Shown: positions 47,010 through 58,578, counted from the first letter of the stretch. The stretch: DNA of 64,000 nt from an uncultured Arcobacter sp. (GCA_965140705.1 OZ223300.1:768001-832000), one strand, 5' to 3'. The notes: generated from the letters alone by a model not told the origin. Numbers and translations are program-made.

Positions 47010-49736
47010 ATGGATTACAAAGATAGTATATTACTTCCAAAAACAGATTTCCCAATGAGAGGAAATCTTCCTCAAAATGAACCATTAAGATATGAAAAAT
47101 GGGATAGTGAAAAAGTTTATGACAGAATGAAAGAGAATAGAAAAGGTGCTGAGTCTTTCACTTTACATGATGGACCACCTTATGCTAATGGGCATATTCA
47201 TATAGGTCATGCACTAAATAAAATTTTAAAAGATATAATTAATAAATTTCATTATTTTGATGGAAAATCAATTCGATATGTTCCAGGTTGGGATTGTCAT
47301 GGGCTACCAATTGAACAAAAAGTTGAAGAAAAAATAGGAAGCACTAAGAAAAAAGAACTTCCAAAATCAAAGTTAAGACAACTTTGTAGGGACCATGCAA
47401 CAAAATTTGTAGATATTCAAAGAAGTGAATTTAAACAATTAGGGGTTATTGCTGATTGGGATAAACCTTATTTGACTATGGATTTTAAATTTGAAGCAAA
47501 TATTTATAGGGAACTTTGCGCTATTGCAAAGCAAGGTTTATTGGTGCAAAGATCTAAACCTGTTTATTGGTCATGGGCAGCGCAAACTGCATTGGCTGAA
47601 GCTGAAGTTGAGTATGAAGATAAAACTTCACCTTCTATTTATGTTGCATTTAAACACGAAACTATGGATGCTAGTGTAATTATTTGGACTACAACACCTT
47701 GGACACTTCCTGCAAATACAGGTATTTCACTTAATGGTGAAGAAGAGTATGTTCTTACAAGTGATAAATTTATAGTTGCTAAAAAACTATATAATTCACT
47801 TATAGAAAATGAAGTGATTTCAGGAAAAGTTGTGGAAACAATTAATCCAAAAGATTTAGAAAATAGTTTTGCAATTAATCCATTAAATGATAGAAAATCT
47901 AAAATTATTTTAGGTGAACATGTAATGATGGATAGTGGTTCTGGAGCTGTTCATACTGCACCTGGTCATGGTGAAGATGACTACAAAGTAGGGCTTCTTT
48001 ATGATCTTGATGTAATTATGCCTGTTGATGCATATGGAAAATATGATGAAACAATTATTAGAGAAAAACTATTTAGAGATACTGAAAAATATTTAGGACT
48101 AAATGTATTTAAAGCAAATGATTTAATTCTTGAAGAGTTAGGTGATGCTTTATTAAAAAGAGTAGATATAAGACACTCTTATCCACATTGTTGGAGAACA
48201 CATACACCAATTATCTTTAGAGCAACTAAACAATGGTTTATTTCAATAGATGATAAATATGGGAAAGAGAATAAAACTTTAAGAGAAAATGCTTTAAATG
48301 TGGTAGAAAATCTTAAGTTTTATCCTGAGTGGGGAAGAAATAGATTAAAATCAATGCTTGATGGAAGACCTGATTGGTGTATTTCAAGACAAAGAGATTG
48401 GGGTGTTCCAATTGCCTTTTTTAGAAATAAAAAAACAGATGAAATTGTTTTTGATGAAAAAGTAATGAATTACACTGCAATGATTTTTGAACAAAAAGGG
48501 TGTGATGCTTGGTATGATTTAGAAATCAGTGAATTACTATATCCAGGAAGTGGTTTAAATCCGGATGATTTAGAAAAAACAACTGATATTTTAGATGTAT
48601 GGTTTGATTCTGGTTCTACTCAAAATGCAGTTTTAAGATCAAGAAATTATGATGCAGGAACATTTCCAGCGGATGTATATTTAGAAGGAAGTGATCAACA
48701 TAGAGGTTGGTTCCAATCTTCTTTACTTACTACTTTGGCATCAAGTGAAGTTGCACCTTATAAAGCTTTAGTTACTCATGGTTTTACTATGGATGAAAAA
48801 GGTGAAAAAATGTCTAAGTCTAAGGGTAATGTAATTGACCCTGCAAAAATCATGAAGCAGTATGGTTCTGAGATACTTAGATTATGGGTTGCAATGAGTG
48901 ATTACCAAAATGACCAAAAGATTTCAGATAATATTTTAAAACAAAATGCAGAACTTTATAGAAAAATAAGAAACACTGCAAGATTTTTATTAGCTAATAT
49001 TAATGATTTAGAAAATATTGTTGATATAAAAGATTTTGGTGTTTTAGACAAATGGATTATGAATAAATCAAAAAAAGTTTTTGATGAAATTGATGCTGCC
49101 TTTAGTGTTTATGAATTTTCAAAAGGATTAAATAAATTAAATAACTTTTTAGTTGTGGATTTATCTGGTATTTATTTAGATATTTGTAAAGATAGATTAT
49201 ATTGTGATGATAAGAATGATGTTCATAGAACTGCAGCTCAAAGTGCAATGGCATTAATTGCTAAAAAACTTTTAGTAATATTAGCACCAATTCTTACTTA
49301 TACTGTTGATGAATTATTAGAATATGCACCAGCAATTTTAAAAGATGATATTAATGATGTATTTGATTTAAATAAATTTGACTTCCCTGAAGTTGAAAGT
49401 AAGCTTAATGAAGAATATTTAATAAAAGTTAAAGAGAAGTTTTCTGAATCAGTTGATAAACTAAAAAAAGATAAAATAATAAAATCTACATTAGAACTTG
49501 ATATTTATACAAATTCTGATGATGTTCTTTCTTTAGATGCTATTGAAGCTGAAGATTGGTTCTTAGTTAGTACTATTTTAGATGCTAAACAAGAAGAAGC
49601 ATTAATCAGTTTTGAAATAGATGGAAAACTTTTTGAAGCATATAAAGCAAAAAATGCAAAATGTCCTAGATGTTGGAAATTTAAATCACAAAGTGAAGAT
49701 GAACTTTGTCCAAGATGTGATGAAGTTATAGGATAA
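47010..49736 (+). CDS. ileS: Isoleucine--tRNA ligase
   Basis: HDGPPYANG.IHIGH, WCISRQR, KMSKS, C-terminal CPRC..CPRC. Confidence 0.99.
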   Translation: MDYKDSILLPKTDFPMRGNLPQNEPLRYEKWDSEKVYDRMKENRKGAESFTLHDGPPYANGHIHIGHALNKILKDIINKFHYFDGKSIRYVPGWDCHGLPIEQKVEEKIGSTKKKELPKSKLRQLCRDHATKFVDIQRSEFKQLGVIADWDKPYLTMDFKFEANIYRELCAIAKQGLLVQRSKPVYWSWAAQTALAEAEVEYEDKTSPSIYVAFKHETMDASVIIWTTTPWTLPANTGISLNGEEEYVLTSDKFIVAKKLYNSLIENEVISGKVVETINPKDLENSFAINPLNDRKSKIILGEHVMMDSGSGAVHTAPGHGEDDYKVGLLYDLDVIMPVDAYGKYDETIIREKLFRDTEKYLGLNVFKANDLILEELGDALLKRVDIRHSYPHCWRTHTPIIFRATKQWFISIDDKYGKENKTLRENALNVVENLKFYPEWGRNRLKSMLDGRPDWCISRQRDWGVPIAFFRNKKTDEIVFDEKVMNYTAMIFEQKGCDAWYDLEISELLYPGSGLNPDDLEKTTDILDVWFDSGSTQNAVLRSRNYDAGTFPADVYLEGSDQHRGWFQSSLLTTLASSEVAPYKALVTHGFTMDEKGEKMSKSKGNVIDPAKIMKQYGSEILRLWVAMSDYQNDQKISDNILKQNAELYRKIRNTARFLLANINDLENIVDIKDFGVLDKWIMNKSKKVFDEIDAAFSVYEFSKGLNKLNNFLVVDLSGIYLDICKDRLYCDDKNDVHRTAAQSAMALIAKKLLVILAPILTYTVDELLEYAPAILKDDINDVFDLNKFDFPEVESKLNEEYLIKVKEKFSESVDKLKKDKIIKSTLELDIYTNSDDVLSLDAIEAEDWFLVSTILDAKQEEALISFEIDGKLFEAYKAKNAKCPRCWKFKSQSEDELCPRCDEVIG

Positions 49737-49741
49737 TTTTT

Positions 49742-49852
49742 ATGTTTACACAAGAAGTAACACTTTTTACAATTTTTACAACAATAGCTATAATACTAGT
49801 TTTTATGGCTATTGGAATATTTTTTGTAAAAAATAAAAAGATAGAAGATTAA
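49742..49852 (+). CDS. Putative 36-aa single-pass membrane protein (below ORF-track cut-off)
   Basis: MFTQEVTLFTIFTTIAIILVFMAIGIFFVKNKKIED*; fills the ileS-nifU gap. Confidence 0.6.
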   Translation: MFTQEVTLFTIFTTIAIILVFMAIGIFFVKNKKIED

Positions 49853-49863
49853 AGGTTTGAGAG

Positions 49864-50142
49864 ATGATGCCATTTAGTGATGAGGATTTATTTCCTGTTG
49901 TAAAGAATATAATTGATAATAAAATAGCACCTATGCTTGCACAAGATGGCGGTGCTATGTCTTTATTAGATGTTAAAAATGGAAAGGTATTTGTGCAGTT
50001 AAATGGTGCTTGTGTTGGTTGTAGTGCTAGTGGAAGTACATTAAAATATGTTGTTGAAAAAGAATTAAAAGCTGCAATTCATCCTGAATTGATTATAATT
50101 AATGTAGAAATAGGTATGGAAAATAGATTAGAGGAGTTATAA
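49864..50142 (+). CDS. NifU/Nfu-domain Fe-S carrier
   Basis: P.L..DGG, GACVGC..S..TLK. Confidence 0.9.
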   Translation: MMPFSDEDLFPVVKNIIDNKIAPMLAQDGGAMSLLDVKNGKVFVQLNGACVGCSASGSTLKYVVEKELKAAIHPELIIINVEIGMENRLEEL

Positions 50143-50736
50143 ATGATAAATGAAAAAAAATTATTAAATGATGCAAATAACTATTTTTTAGATAAAGAAT
50201 TTGATAAAGCAATGTTTATTTATGCTCAGTTATCATCAATTTTTAAATATAACAAAGAGTATCCTATATATGCACTATTTTGTGATATTGCAAATGATGA
50301 TGCAAATAAGGCATTATCATTATTTGACTATTTTACAGTTGCAAAAGATAAAGATATTGATGAAGCAATAGCCTATGTTCATAATGTAATTGATGCATAT
50401 GATGGGGATATTGATAAAATGATGGATATGTTAAAAGATTTAACAACTTCTACAGTTGATTCTTTGGATGCTATAAAATATGACGATTTTAAAACTTTGA
50501 TTGAGTCAAGAGGCTCTTTTAGAGTAGCTTTTGAAGATATAATGTTTTCTACTAAAGTTGCAATTGATTCAAAAGATGATTTTTTTGATTTTGTAACTAA
50601 ATTAATAGAAAATGATTTTAATACAACTGCATATTCATATCTTGAAGGTTTTAATGAATATTTTGCATATGATTCAAAAATAGAAGAGTTATATAAAATG
50701 TTAGAAGAAAAAAAACTTGCAACTTCACATAAATAA
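50143..50736 (+). CDS. Conserved hypothetical protein
   Basis: Full ORF in operon between nifU-like gene and murE; FEDIMFSTKV motif. Confidence 0.75.
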   Translation: MINEKKLLNDANNYFLDKEFDKAMFIYAQLSSIFKYNKEYPIYALFCDIANDDANKALSLFDYFTVAKDKDIDEAIAYVHNVIDAYDGDIDKMMDMLKDLTTSTVDSLDAIKYDDFKTLIESRGSFRVAFEDIMFSTKVAIDSKDDFFDFVTKLIENDFNTTAYSYLEGFNEYFAYDSKIEELYKMLEEKKLATSHK

Positions 50737-51994
50737 TAAAATATACACAGATAATTCTAAAGAGGCAGATGAAAAATCTGCCTTTGTTTATTCAAAACAA
50801 AATGAAAAATTTATAGATGATGCTAAAAAAAATGGCTGTAAAGAGTTTATAAAATCAGAAGATTTAAAAAATCATTGTGATTTTTCTTCTATAAAAGTTA
50901 TTGGAATAACTGGAACAAATGGAAAAACTACAACAGCAGCAGCTATTTATTCTCTTTTATTAGATTTAGGCTACAAAGTAGCCCTTCAAGGTACAAGAGG
51001 ATTTTTTATTAATGAAGAAAGAGTAGAAGAGTACTCTTTAACAACTCCTGTTCAACTTGGAAATTTTGCACATATACAAAAAGCCATAGAGAATTCTTGT
51101 GATTTTTTTGTGATGGAAGTTAGTTCCCATGCAATTGAACAAAAAAGAATAGAAGGTCTAAATTTTGAACTTAAAATTCTTACAAATATTACAAGGGATC
51201 ACCTTGATTATCATAAGACTATTGAAGAGTATATAAATGTTAAAAACTCTTTTTTCAGTGATGAGAGTAAAAAACTCATAAATAAAGATGAAAAAAAAGC
51301 GAAGTTTAATCACAAAAATTGCTTAACTTATGGACTTGATGCTCCTTGTACTTATAAAGTACAAGCATACTCTTTTAAAGATGGGATGCATGTAGCTTTA
51401 CAACATTTTCAAGAACTTGAGAGTTTTACTTCTATGATGATGGGTCTGTTTAATTTATATAATTTAACAGCCGCAATTGCTGCTGTTCATATGACTACAG
51501 ATAAATCTTTAAGTGAAATTTGCAAAGCAGTAGAAAACTTCGCAGGTGTTTCAGGAAGAATGGAAACTTTATCTTTAAATCCATATATTATTGTTGATTT
51601 TGCCCATACTCCAGATGGTATGAAAGAGGTTTTACAAAGCTTTGGACATAAAGATATTATTGTTGTATTTGGAGCAGGTGGAGATAGGGATAAGGCTAAA
51701 AGACCTATTATGGGAAAAGTAGCAGATGACTTTGCTAAACACATTATTGTGACAAGTGATAATCCAAGATTCGAAGATCCCGATTTGATTATAGAAGACA
51801 TCTTAAAAGGTATTAATAATAAATCAAAAGTAGAAGTAGAGATAAATAGAAAAGTTGCAATAAAAAAAGCTATTGATTTGTATAGTGAAAATAGTGTTAT
51901 TTTAGTCTTAGGAAAAGGAGATGAAGAGTATCAAACTATTTATGACCAAAAGCTTCCTTTTTCTGATAAAGAGGTTATAAATTCTTATCTATAA
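50717..51994 (+). CDS. murE: UDP-MurNAc-Ala-Glu--DAP ligase
   Basis: GITGTNGKTT, MEVSSH, DHLDYH, DFAHTPD, DNPR. Confidence 0.96.
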   Translation: MQLHINNKIYTDNSKEADEKSAFVYSKQNEKFIDDAKKNGCKEFIKSEDLKNHCDFSSIKVIGITGTNGKTTTAAAIYSLLLDLGYKVALQGTRGFFINEERVEEYSLTTPVQLGNFAHIQKAIENSCDFFVMEVSSHAIEQKRIEGLNFELKILTNITRDHLDYHKTIEEYINVKNSFFSDESKKLINKDEKKAKFNHKNCLTYGLDAPCTYKVQAYSFKDGMHVALQHFQELESFTSMMMGLFNLYNLTAAIAAVHMTTDKSLSEICKAVENFAGVSGRMETLSLNPYIIVDFAHTPDGMKEVLQSFGHKDIIVVFGAGGDRDKAKRPIMGKVADDFAKHIIVTSDNPRFEDPDLIIEDILKGINNKSKVEVEINRKVAIKKAIDLYSENSVILVLGKGDEEYQTIYDQKLPFSDKEVINSYL

Positions 51995-52794
51995 GCTCTT
52001 ATAGTAAAACCTCTTTTGTCAGCTGTATCAGCAATATAATTTACATAAGTAATAATAGTATCTTTCCCTAATCTTTTTTTAACATGCCAAGATGCTTCTA
52101 ATACTCGTTTTCTTGATAAGCCTTCCATTAAATAATCTTTTAAAGGTTTCTTATCAAGCTTTTTATCTTGTATATTCTCAATTATATTATTTATATATAG
52201 TTTATCTTTTGCATCAGTTACAGGAATTATTTGGAAAGAAGTTGCATCTTTGTTTTCATCTAAAAACTTATTAATTCTTTCTAGACATGAAGGATAAAAT
52301 ACAAAAGTACCTTCTTCCTCTTCATAACAACCTGTAGCATCATATTTTTTGGATCTATATTTTTGAGCATCAACTCTTATTTCATTTTTTTCAATATTTG
52401 CTAATTCAAATTTTTCATTTAAAATAGAGAGTTCTTCTTTTAAGTGTTTAATTTTTATGTTTAGTTCATCTTCTTTTGCTTGAAGAGCATTATCTAAGGT
52501 ATCCTTTGATACATAAATAGCTTTTACTGCAGGAGGTAAATCATCAAAAGTAAGTGGTTCTATTCCATTACTTCTATTTTTATTTTTATTAATGAATACA
52601 AAAGCACCAATTATAATTAATATAAGGATTATGTAAAAAAAAGAGAAACTGCTTTTTTTCTTCTCCTCTTTTTCAATTTTTATTTTTTTTGTAGTTGTTT
52701 TTTCTTTTGGAATTTCTTCTTCAATTGTACTTGTTTCATTTAAACTCTCTTTAGAACTCTTTTCTAACAAGTCAATTAATTCTTTTTTATTCAT
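51985..52794 (-). CDS. Single-TM coiled-coil hypothetical protein
   Basis: One TM near residue 55, coiled coil, C-terminal globular region. Confidence 0.7.
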   Translation of the reverse strand: MNKKELIDLLEKSSKESLNETSTIEEEIPKEKTTTKKIKIEKEEKKKSSFSFFYIILILIIIGAFVFINKNKNRSNGIEPLTFDDLPPAVKAIYVSKDTLDNALQAKEDELNIKIKHLKEELSILNEKFELANIEKNEIRVDAQKYRSKKYDATGCYEEEEGTFVFYPSCLERINKFLDENKDATSFQIIPVTDAKDKLYINNIIENIQDKKLDKKPLKDYLMEGLSRKRVLEASWHVKKRLGKDTIITYVNYIADTADKRGFTIRAYR

Positions 52795-52848
52795 TTATCT
52801 TCTTTAGTAATTTTTATTATTATAAGCAAAAATCATTTAAATATCAAG

Positions 52849-53754
52849 TCAATCTCTATTTTTTAGGTAAATATAAAAAATTAAAAAAATTATTCCTACA
52901 AAAAGAGGATAAAAGAATAGGTAATCTTTTAGGATTAAAGTATTTTTATCAATATCTGATTTCTCTAATTTGTTTATTGTGTTATAAACTTCAACTAAAT
53001 CATTTTTAGAGTTAGCAGTGAAAGATTTTGCTCCAGTTTCTTGAGCAATTGTGCTTAACATTTGTCTATTTGATTCGCCAATACCAATTGTATATATTTT
53101 TATATTATATTTTTTTGCAAGTTTTAATACAATTTGAGGAGGTATTCTGCTTGCATTATCTTCTCCATCTGTTAATAAAATGATGATGTTTGATTTTGCT
53201 TTACTATTTTTTAATATATTTATTGAAGTTGCAAGGGAATCAAACATTGCTGTTTGTTCGCCAACAATTCCGATATCGATATATTTTATAATCTCTTTTT
53301 GTGAATTTTTATCAAAACTTAAAGGTGAGGCTGTTAATACAGAACTTCCAAAAACTACTAAACCAATATTATCATTTACTCTTTTTTTTATAAAATCTTG
53401 AACTACATCATTTACAACATTCCATCTGTTTTGTTGTAAATCATTTGGATTAAACCCACGCTCTCTCATAGAACCACTTGTATCCAAATCCAAAATGATA
53501 TTTATACCATCTTTTTTTATAAGTTGGTTGTTTAAAATTTTAACAGGTGAGGCAAGGGCAATTAAAGTTAAGATGATAGTTAGATATTTACACACATAAA
53601 TGATAATATTTGTATTATAAGTTAATTGGTTAAATATTTTAAGATGTACAAAATAATAAGAGGAGTTTTTTGCTTTACAATATATATCACAAAAGATAAA
53701 GATAACTATAAGAGATAAAACCCAAGGATATTCAAAAGAAAAATTGCTAAACAT
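52849..53754 (-). CDS. vWA domain protein (BatA-like)
   Basis: DTSGSM MIDAS, LLTDGED, IYTIGIG. Confidence 0.9.
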   Translation of the reverse strand: MFSNFSFEYPWVLSLIVIFIFCDIYCKAKNSSYYFVHLKIFNQLTYNTNIIIYVCKYLTIILTLIALASPVKILNNQLIKKDGINIILDLDTSGSMRERGFNPNDLQQNRWNVVNDVVQDFIKKRVNDNIGLVVFGSSVLTASPLSFDKNSQKEIIKYIDIGIVGEQTAMFDSLATSINILKNSKAKSNIIILLTDGEDNASRIPPQIVLKLAKKYNIKIYTIGIGESNRQMLSTIAQETGAKSFTANSKNDLVEVYNTINKLEKSDIDKNTLILKDYLFFYPLFVGIIFLIFYIYLKNRD

Positions 53755-54130
53755 CTATTGTGTCCATAAAAAGTTCATATTTTTGAAAAATATCATTTTC
53801 GAATTTTTTTACATCTTTTTTATATTTATACTCTTCTAATAGAGCTATTAACTCTTCTGAAATTTTTATTTCTCTTTCATTTCTTGCTAGTTTTCTTGCA
53901 TAGAATGTTATTTGATATGCTGCATTTTTAGTATCATTTAAATCAATATTTTTAATTATTTCATAGTATCTTTTTCTTGGATTCTTTTTATTTTTGAAAA
54001 ATCTATAAATTAAATATCCTACAAAGCTGATAATAATTATGCCTAAAACAATAAGAAGTATTAAAATATAAAAAGAGATATCAGGAATATTTACTAAATC
54101 TTTTATATCATTTATTTTTAATTCATTCAT
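53747..54130 (-). CDS. Small single-TM protein of the MoxR/Bat operon
   Basis: L.I.DIK N-terminus, TM; coupled to both neighbours. Confidence 0.7.
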   Translation of the reverse strand: MNELKINDIKDLVNIPDISFYILILLIVLGIIIISFVGYLIYRFFKNKKNPRKRYYEIIKNIDLNDTKNAAYQITFYARKLARNEREIKISEELIALLEEYKYKKDVKKFENDIFQKYELFMDTIDV

Positions 54131-54963
54131 TTATTCACCAATGTAATTATTTTTGAAGCTGGTTCTTCATGGGTATATATTTTTGTAAATCTTACATTAC
54201 ACTTTTGCAAATGATAAAATAAATTGTGATCATTTTTTTTGATATAGGCTTTATAGTCATTGATTGAATATTTATCAATAATCCCTTCAAATTTTAATCC
54301 ACTATTTACATCAACTAAACTTGCATTTCCTAATTCTTGTGGATTTTCTTCGAATATATCTCTAACTATTATTACAAATATTTCATGCTTTTGGGATAAT
54401 AATCTTAAATCAAAACCTTCTATTCCAATAAAATCTCCTATTAAAAATAGTATTGATTTCATTTTTATTAATTTAAATGATTCATTGCATAAAAGTTTAT
54501 AGTTAATCTCTTTTCCTATTGGATTATAGTTAAAAATGGTATCACTCATATTTATTACACTTGCAAGTTTTTTACTTCTTTTTGTGATATTTTTAAATTT
54601 CTCATTTACTATAAAAGAAGAGAAAGGGTCTCCTTGCTTTATACTTGAAAAAGCTAGAAGAGAACAAATTTCAGTTACTAAATCTTGTTTTATCTTTTTA
54701 GTTCCAAAAATCATACTTCCACTTAATATTGGTAATATATTTATATTGAGTTCTTTTTGGGCATGGAAAACCTTCACATAAGGAGTATTCATTTTAGCAC
54801 TTATGGTCCAGTCAATATTTTTAATATCTTCACCAGCTTCATATTCTCTTAATTCTAAGAAATCATAACCTTCACCTTTTAGATTAGAACTATTATTTCC
54901 AGAGATTTCTGTAAAGACTTGTTTTTTTGTTTTAATTAAAATCTTTTTTAAATTTTTATTCAT
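54127..54963 (-). CDS. DUF58 protein
   Basis: GEGYDFLELREY..GED.K.IDW..SA. Confidence 0.9.
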   Translation of the reverse strand: MNKNLKKILIKTKKQVFTEISGNNSSNLKGEGYDFLELREYEAGEDIKNIDWTISAKMNTPYVKVFHAQKELNINILPILSGSMIFGTKKIKQDLVTEICSLLAFSSIKQGDPFSSFIVNEKFKNITKRSKKLASVINMSDTIFNYNPIGKEINYKLLCNESFKLIKMKSILFLIGDFIGIEGFDLRLLSQKHEIFVIIVRDIFEENPQELGNASLVDVNSGLKFEGIIDKYSINDYKAYIKKNDHNLFYHLQKCNVRFTKIYTHEEPASKIITLVNK

Positions 54964-54966
54964 ATC

Positions 54967-55917
54967 TTATGGAATTTCAACTTTTTCAATTACTTTTTGT
55001 AAAATATAATCACTAGTTATATCCATAGCTTGTGCTTCATAAGATAAAACAATTCTATGTCTTACTATATCTTTAAATATTAAAGCAATATCTATTGGAG
55101 TTACATGGTCATTACCTCTTATAAAGGCATTTGCTTTAGCAGCTTTAAACATATCTATTGTTGCTCTTGGACTTGCACCAAATTGAATATAATCTTTAAT
55201 CTCTTGTAAGCCATAATTTTCAGGCTCTCTTGTTGCAAAAATAAGATTTATAATATATTTTTCAAGTTCTTCATCTATATGTACATTTACGACTGCTTCT
55301 TTTAACTTAATTAAATCTTCATGGGAAGCTACTTTATTTGGAGTTTCAAATGAGTTCAAAGTTACATTTTTAGCTATTTCAAATTCTTCTTCTTTTGAAT
55401 TATAATCAATCAAAATTTTAAACATAAATCTATCAAGTTGAGCTTCAGGAAGTTCATAAGCTCCTTGTGATTCAATTGGATTTTGAGTAGCAAGAACTAA
55501 AAATGGAAGTTCCAAAGAGTATGTTTCATCTGCAATTGTTACTTGCTTTTCTTGCATAACTTCTAATAGTGCTGATTGAACTTTTGCTGGTGCTCTATTT
55601 ATCTCATCTGCCAACAAAAGATTTGTAAAAATTGGACCTCTTTTTATTTTGAAGTCACCACTTTTCATATCATAAATCTGTGCACCGATAATATCACTAG
55701 GAAGTAAATCGGGAGTAAATTGAACCCTTTTAAATTTTAAATCAATTACATCTGCAACAGCTTTCACTGTTGTTGTTTTTGCAAGTCCAGGTACACCCTC
55801 TATAAGAATATGACCATTTGTTAATAGTCCTATTAAAATAGAATTAACCATATCCTCTTGACCAATAACAACTTTAGATATTTCATTTTTAATTTCTGTG
55901 ATTTTTGTATATAACAT
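54967..55917 (-). CDS. MoxR family AAA+ ATPase
   Basis: EGVPGLAKT, QFTPDLLPSD, LADEINRAPAKVQSALLE, ATQNPIE. Confidence 0.95.
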   Translation of the reverse strand: MLYTKITEIKNEISKVVIGQEDMVNSILIGLLTNGHILIEGVPGLAKTTTVKAVADVIDLKFKRVQFTPDLLPSDIIGAQIYDMKSGDFKIKRGPIFTNLLLADEINRAPAKVQSALLEVMQEKQVTIADETYSLELPFLVLATQNPIESQGAYELPEAQLDRFMFKILIDYNSKEEEFEIAKNVTLNSFETPNKVASHEDLIKLKEAVVNVHIDEELEKYIINLIFATREPENYGLQEIKDYIQFGASPRATIDMFKAAKANAFIRGNDHVTPIDIALIFKDIVRHRIVLSYEAQAMDITSDYILQKVIEKVEIP

Positions 55918-56139
55918 TTAGCTCTTCTTCAATATAAGTGTAATTTTGCAGTATTTTATCAAAAGAAAGGTTTTAACATCTTAAATCAAGCTCTTAAAAT
56001 AAACTTAATATAAAGTTTTATGATAGTTAAAACTGAGTTTAGATTAAAATTTAGATAATAAATCTTTGAATATTATTTTAATATTATTTTAAGAATTTAA
56101 CTAATAAAGTATTGATAAGAAGTTTTAAGGAAATAGATA

Positions 56140-56715
56140 ATGTCAAAGAAAAAGAAGTTTTTTGGTTTAGTTATTATTATTATTCTTATAGCAACTATTT
56201 TTTCAACAGCTTTGCCAATACTTTATTCTAATGATAAAGCAGGGAAGGTAAATAAAGAGATTCAAAATATACATTTTGATTTTTTAAAAGATGAAACTAA
56301 AAAGTATGTACTCCTATTTTTTGGTTATGCAGGTTGTGATAATATTTGTCCTCCAGCATTAAATGAGATAAGTCAAATATATAATAAGTTGGATAAAGAA
56401 CAATTCAGTTTTTATTTTATAAATTTGCAACCTAATATATTTAAGGATGAGGTAGATCCATTTGCTAAGGCTTTTAATAAAGACTTCAAAGGAATCTATT
56501 TAGATAATAAAAAACTAATTGACATAACAACAAAACTTCAAGTAAAATATTCACCTATAAATAAAGTTGATATAGACCATACCGGTTTTTTATATTTATT
56601 AGAAAAAAGTGGTAATAATATGTACAAACAAAAATTTATATACACGGCAAGACCATTTGATATTGAATACATATCAAATGACTTAAATACATTAAATAGG
56701 GGTAACAATGATTAA
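56140..56715 (+). CDS. SCO family copper chaperone
   Basis: [12 protein letters not shown] (CxxxC) and distal DHTG His; N-terminal TM. Confidence 0.9.
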   Translation: MSKKKKFFGLVIIIILIATIFSTALPILYSNDKAGKVNKEIQNIHFDFLKDETKKYVLLFFGYAGCDNICPPALNEISQIYNKLDKEQFSFYFINLQPNIFKDEVDPFAKAFNKDFKGIYLDNKKLIDITTKLQVKYSPINKVDIDHTGFLYLLEKSGNNMYKQKFIYTARPFDIEYISNDLNTLNRGNND

Positions 56716-58552
56716 AGTACTTTTTCCATTTTTAGATAAAAGTTTATCTAAGGAGATTCAAGAAAGTTTAGTTAAAGAGTATGAAAATGCAGATAAAATG
56801 ATGCTTATAGTATCAATAGTAAGTTTTTTCATTGTCGCATTAATAACTTCATATTCTAATGAAGCTTATAAACTTGGTATTATAGGTGGAGGTATAACTT
56901 TAGCATCTACTATTATAGCTTACACAATGTTTAAAGGAACTGTGCTTTCACGTATTATTTTTGGTACAGCCTTTACTGTTTACCCAGCTATTATGGTTGC
57001 TCAACAACTTGGTATGATAGAGATGCATTTTTTCTTTTTTGTTTTTGTTGCAGCTCTTGTAGTGTATAAAGACCTTACAGCAATTTTAGCAATGACTGTA
57101 GTAACCGGTATACATCACTTGCTATTCACATATTTACAATTAAATGGTGCTTCTATTATGGGGAATGAAATTATACTTATGAGTACTAATTGTAGTTGGT
57201 TATTTACTTTTATTCATATTATTGTATTTGTTTTTGAAGAAATAGTTCTTGTTTATATTGTTTATTCAGTAATAAAACAGTTTATTGAAGCTAAAACACT
57301 TCAACTAGAAGCAACAGCTTCATTTGAAAAGTTACAAAAAGAGACTTTATTAAATAAACATATTATAGATGAAACTATCGAAGTGGCAAATAGTGTTAAT
57401 GAAGGGAAACTAACAAAAAGAGTTCACTCAGATACTACAGATGAGAATATCAAGTCATTAAAAGAGATTATAAATAATATGATGGATAATTTAGAAAATA
57501 AAATTGCAGATGATATTAACAAAATTTTAAGTGTATTGGAAAACTTCACAAATTATAATTTTACTACAAAAGTTGATTCTAAAGGTGAAACTGCTGAGAA
57601 CCTAAATAAATTAGCAGATGGTATTACTAAAATTTTAATAGAAGATAAACAAAATGGACTTATTATTCAAAATAGTGCTATGACATTATCTTCAACTGTA
57701 AAAACACTAAATGACTCTTCAAATCAAGCTGCAGCTTCACTTGAAGAAACAGCAGCTGCTGTGGAAGAGATAACATCAATTATAAAATCAAGTAATGAAA
57801 ACATAAATAAAATGTTTACCCTTGCAAATAATTTAAATACCTCTGCACAAGAGGGTGAGAACTTAGCAACAAAAACAACTACAGCTATGGAAGATATTAA
57901 TACCCAAGTTCAAGCTATTAATGAATCAATCACAGTGATTGATCAAATAGCTTTCCAAACAAATATTCTTTCATTAAATGCTGCTGTTGAAGCAGCTACT
58001 GCAGGAGAAGCAGGTAAAGGGTTTGCAGTTGTTGCACAAGAGGTAAGAAACCTTGCATCACGTTCAGCTGAAGCAGCTAAAGAGATAAAAGATTTAGTAG
58101 AAAATGCTACAATAAAAGCAAATGAAGGTAAAACAATTGCCTCTAATATGATAGGTGGATATAGTAATTTAACTAGTAAAATTAGTGAAACAATTGAATT
58201 AATTACAAATGTTACAAATGCAAGTAAAGAGCAAGAAACAGGAATTGTACAAATTAATGATGCAATCAACTCTTTAGATAAACAAACTCAACAAAATGCT
58301 TCAGTAGCAAATCAAACAAATGATATAGCAAATCAAACCCAACAAATCGCAGAGACAATTTTAAAAAGTGCGGATGAGAAAGAATTTATAGGTAAAGACA
58401 CTGTTAAAGCAACAAAACTTGAGAAAGTAGAGAAGATAGAAAAAGTTGAAAAAGTAAATACTGTTAAAACACCTGAAAAGAAAAAAGAGCAAGTAGAAAT
58501 AAAAGCTGAAAGTACAGTAAATTCAAATAATGATGAGTGGGAAAGTTTTTAA
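56708..58552 (+). CDS. Methyl-accepting chemotaxis protein with multi-TM integral sensor
   Basis: About 6 TM containing EMH, IHH and FIH..E; MCP signalling domain. Confidence 0.9.
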   Translation: MIKVLFPFLDKSLSKEIQESLVKEYENADKMMLIVSIVSFFIVALITSYSNEAYKLGIIGGGITLASTIIAYTMFKGTVLSRIIFGTAFTVYPAIMVAQQLGMIEMHFFFFVFVAALVVYKDLTAILAMTVVTGIHHLLFTYLQLNGASIMGNEIILMSTNCSWLFTFIHIIVFVFEEIVLVYIVYSVIKQFIEAKTLQLEATASFEKLQKETLLNKHIIDETIEVANSVNEGKLTKRVHSDTTDENIKSLKEIINNMMDNLENKIADDINKILSVLENFTNYNFTTKVDSKGETAENLNKLADGITKILIEDKQNGLIIQNSAMTLSSTVKTLNDSSNQAAASLEETAAAVEEITSIIKSSNENINKMFTLANNLNTSAQEGENLATKTTTAMEDINTQVQAINESITVIDQIAFQTNILSLNAAVEAATAGEAGKGFAVVAQEVRNLASRSAEAAKEIKDLVENATIKANEGKTIASNMIGGYSNLTSKISETIELITNVTNASKEQETGIVQINDAINSLDKQTQQNASVANQTNDIANQTQQIAETILKSADEKEFIGKDTVKATKLEKVEKIEKVEKVNTVKTPEKKKEQVEIKAESTVNSNNDEWESF

Positions 58553-58554
58553 AA

Positions 58555-58578
58555 ATAAAAGGATTCTTATCCTTTTAT
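58555..58578. terminator. Bidirectional terminator candidate
   Basis: ATAAAAGGAT-TCTT-ATCCTTTTAT between convergent genes. Confidence 0.6.

Noticed and set aside
52849..55917. MoxR-DUF58-vWA operon as a novel defence system
   Set aside because: Matches the common MoxR-proper/Bat-type chaperone operon, with no effector domains
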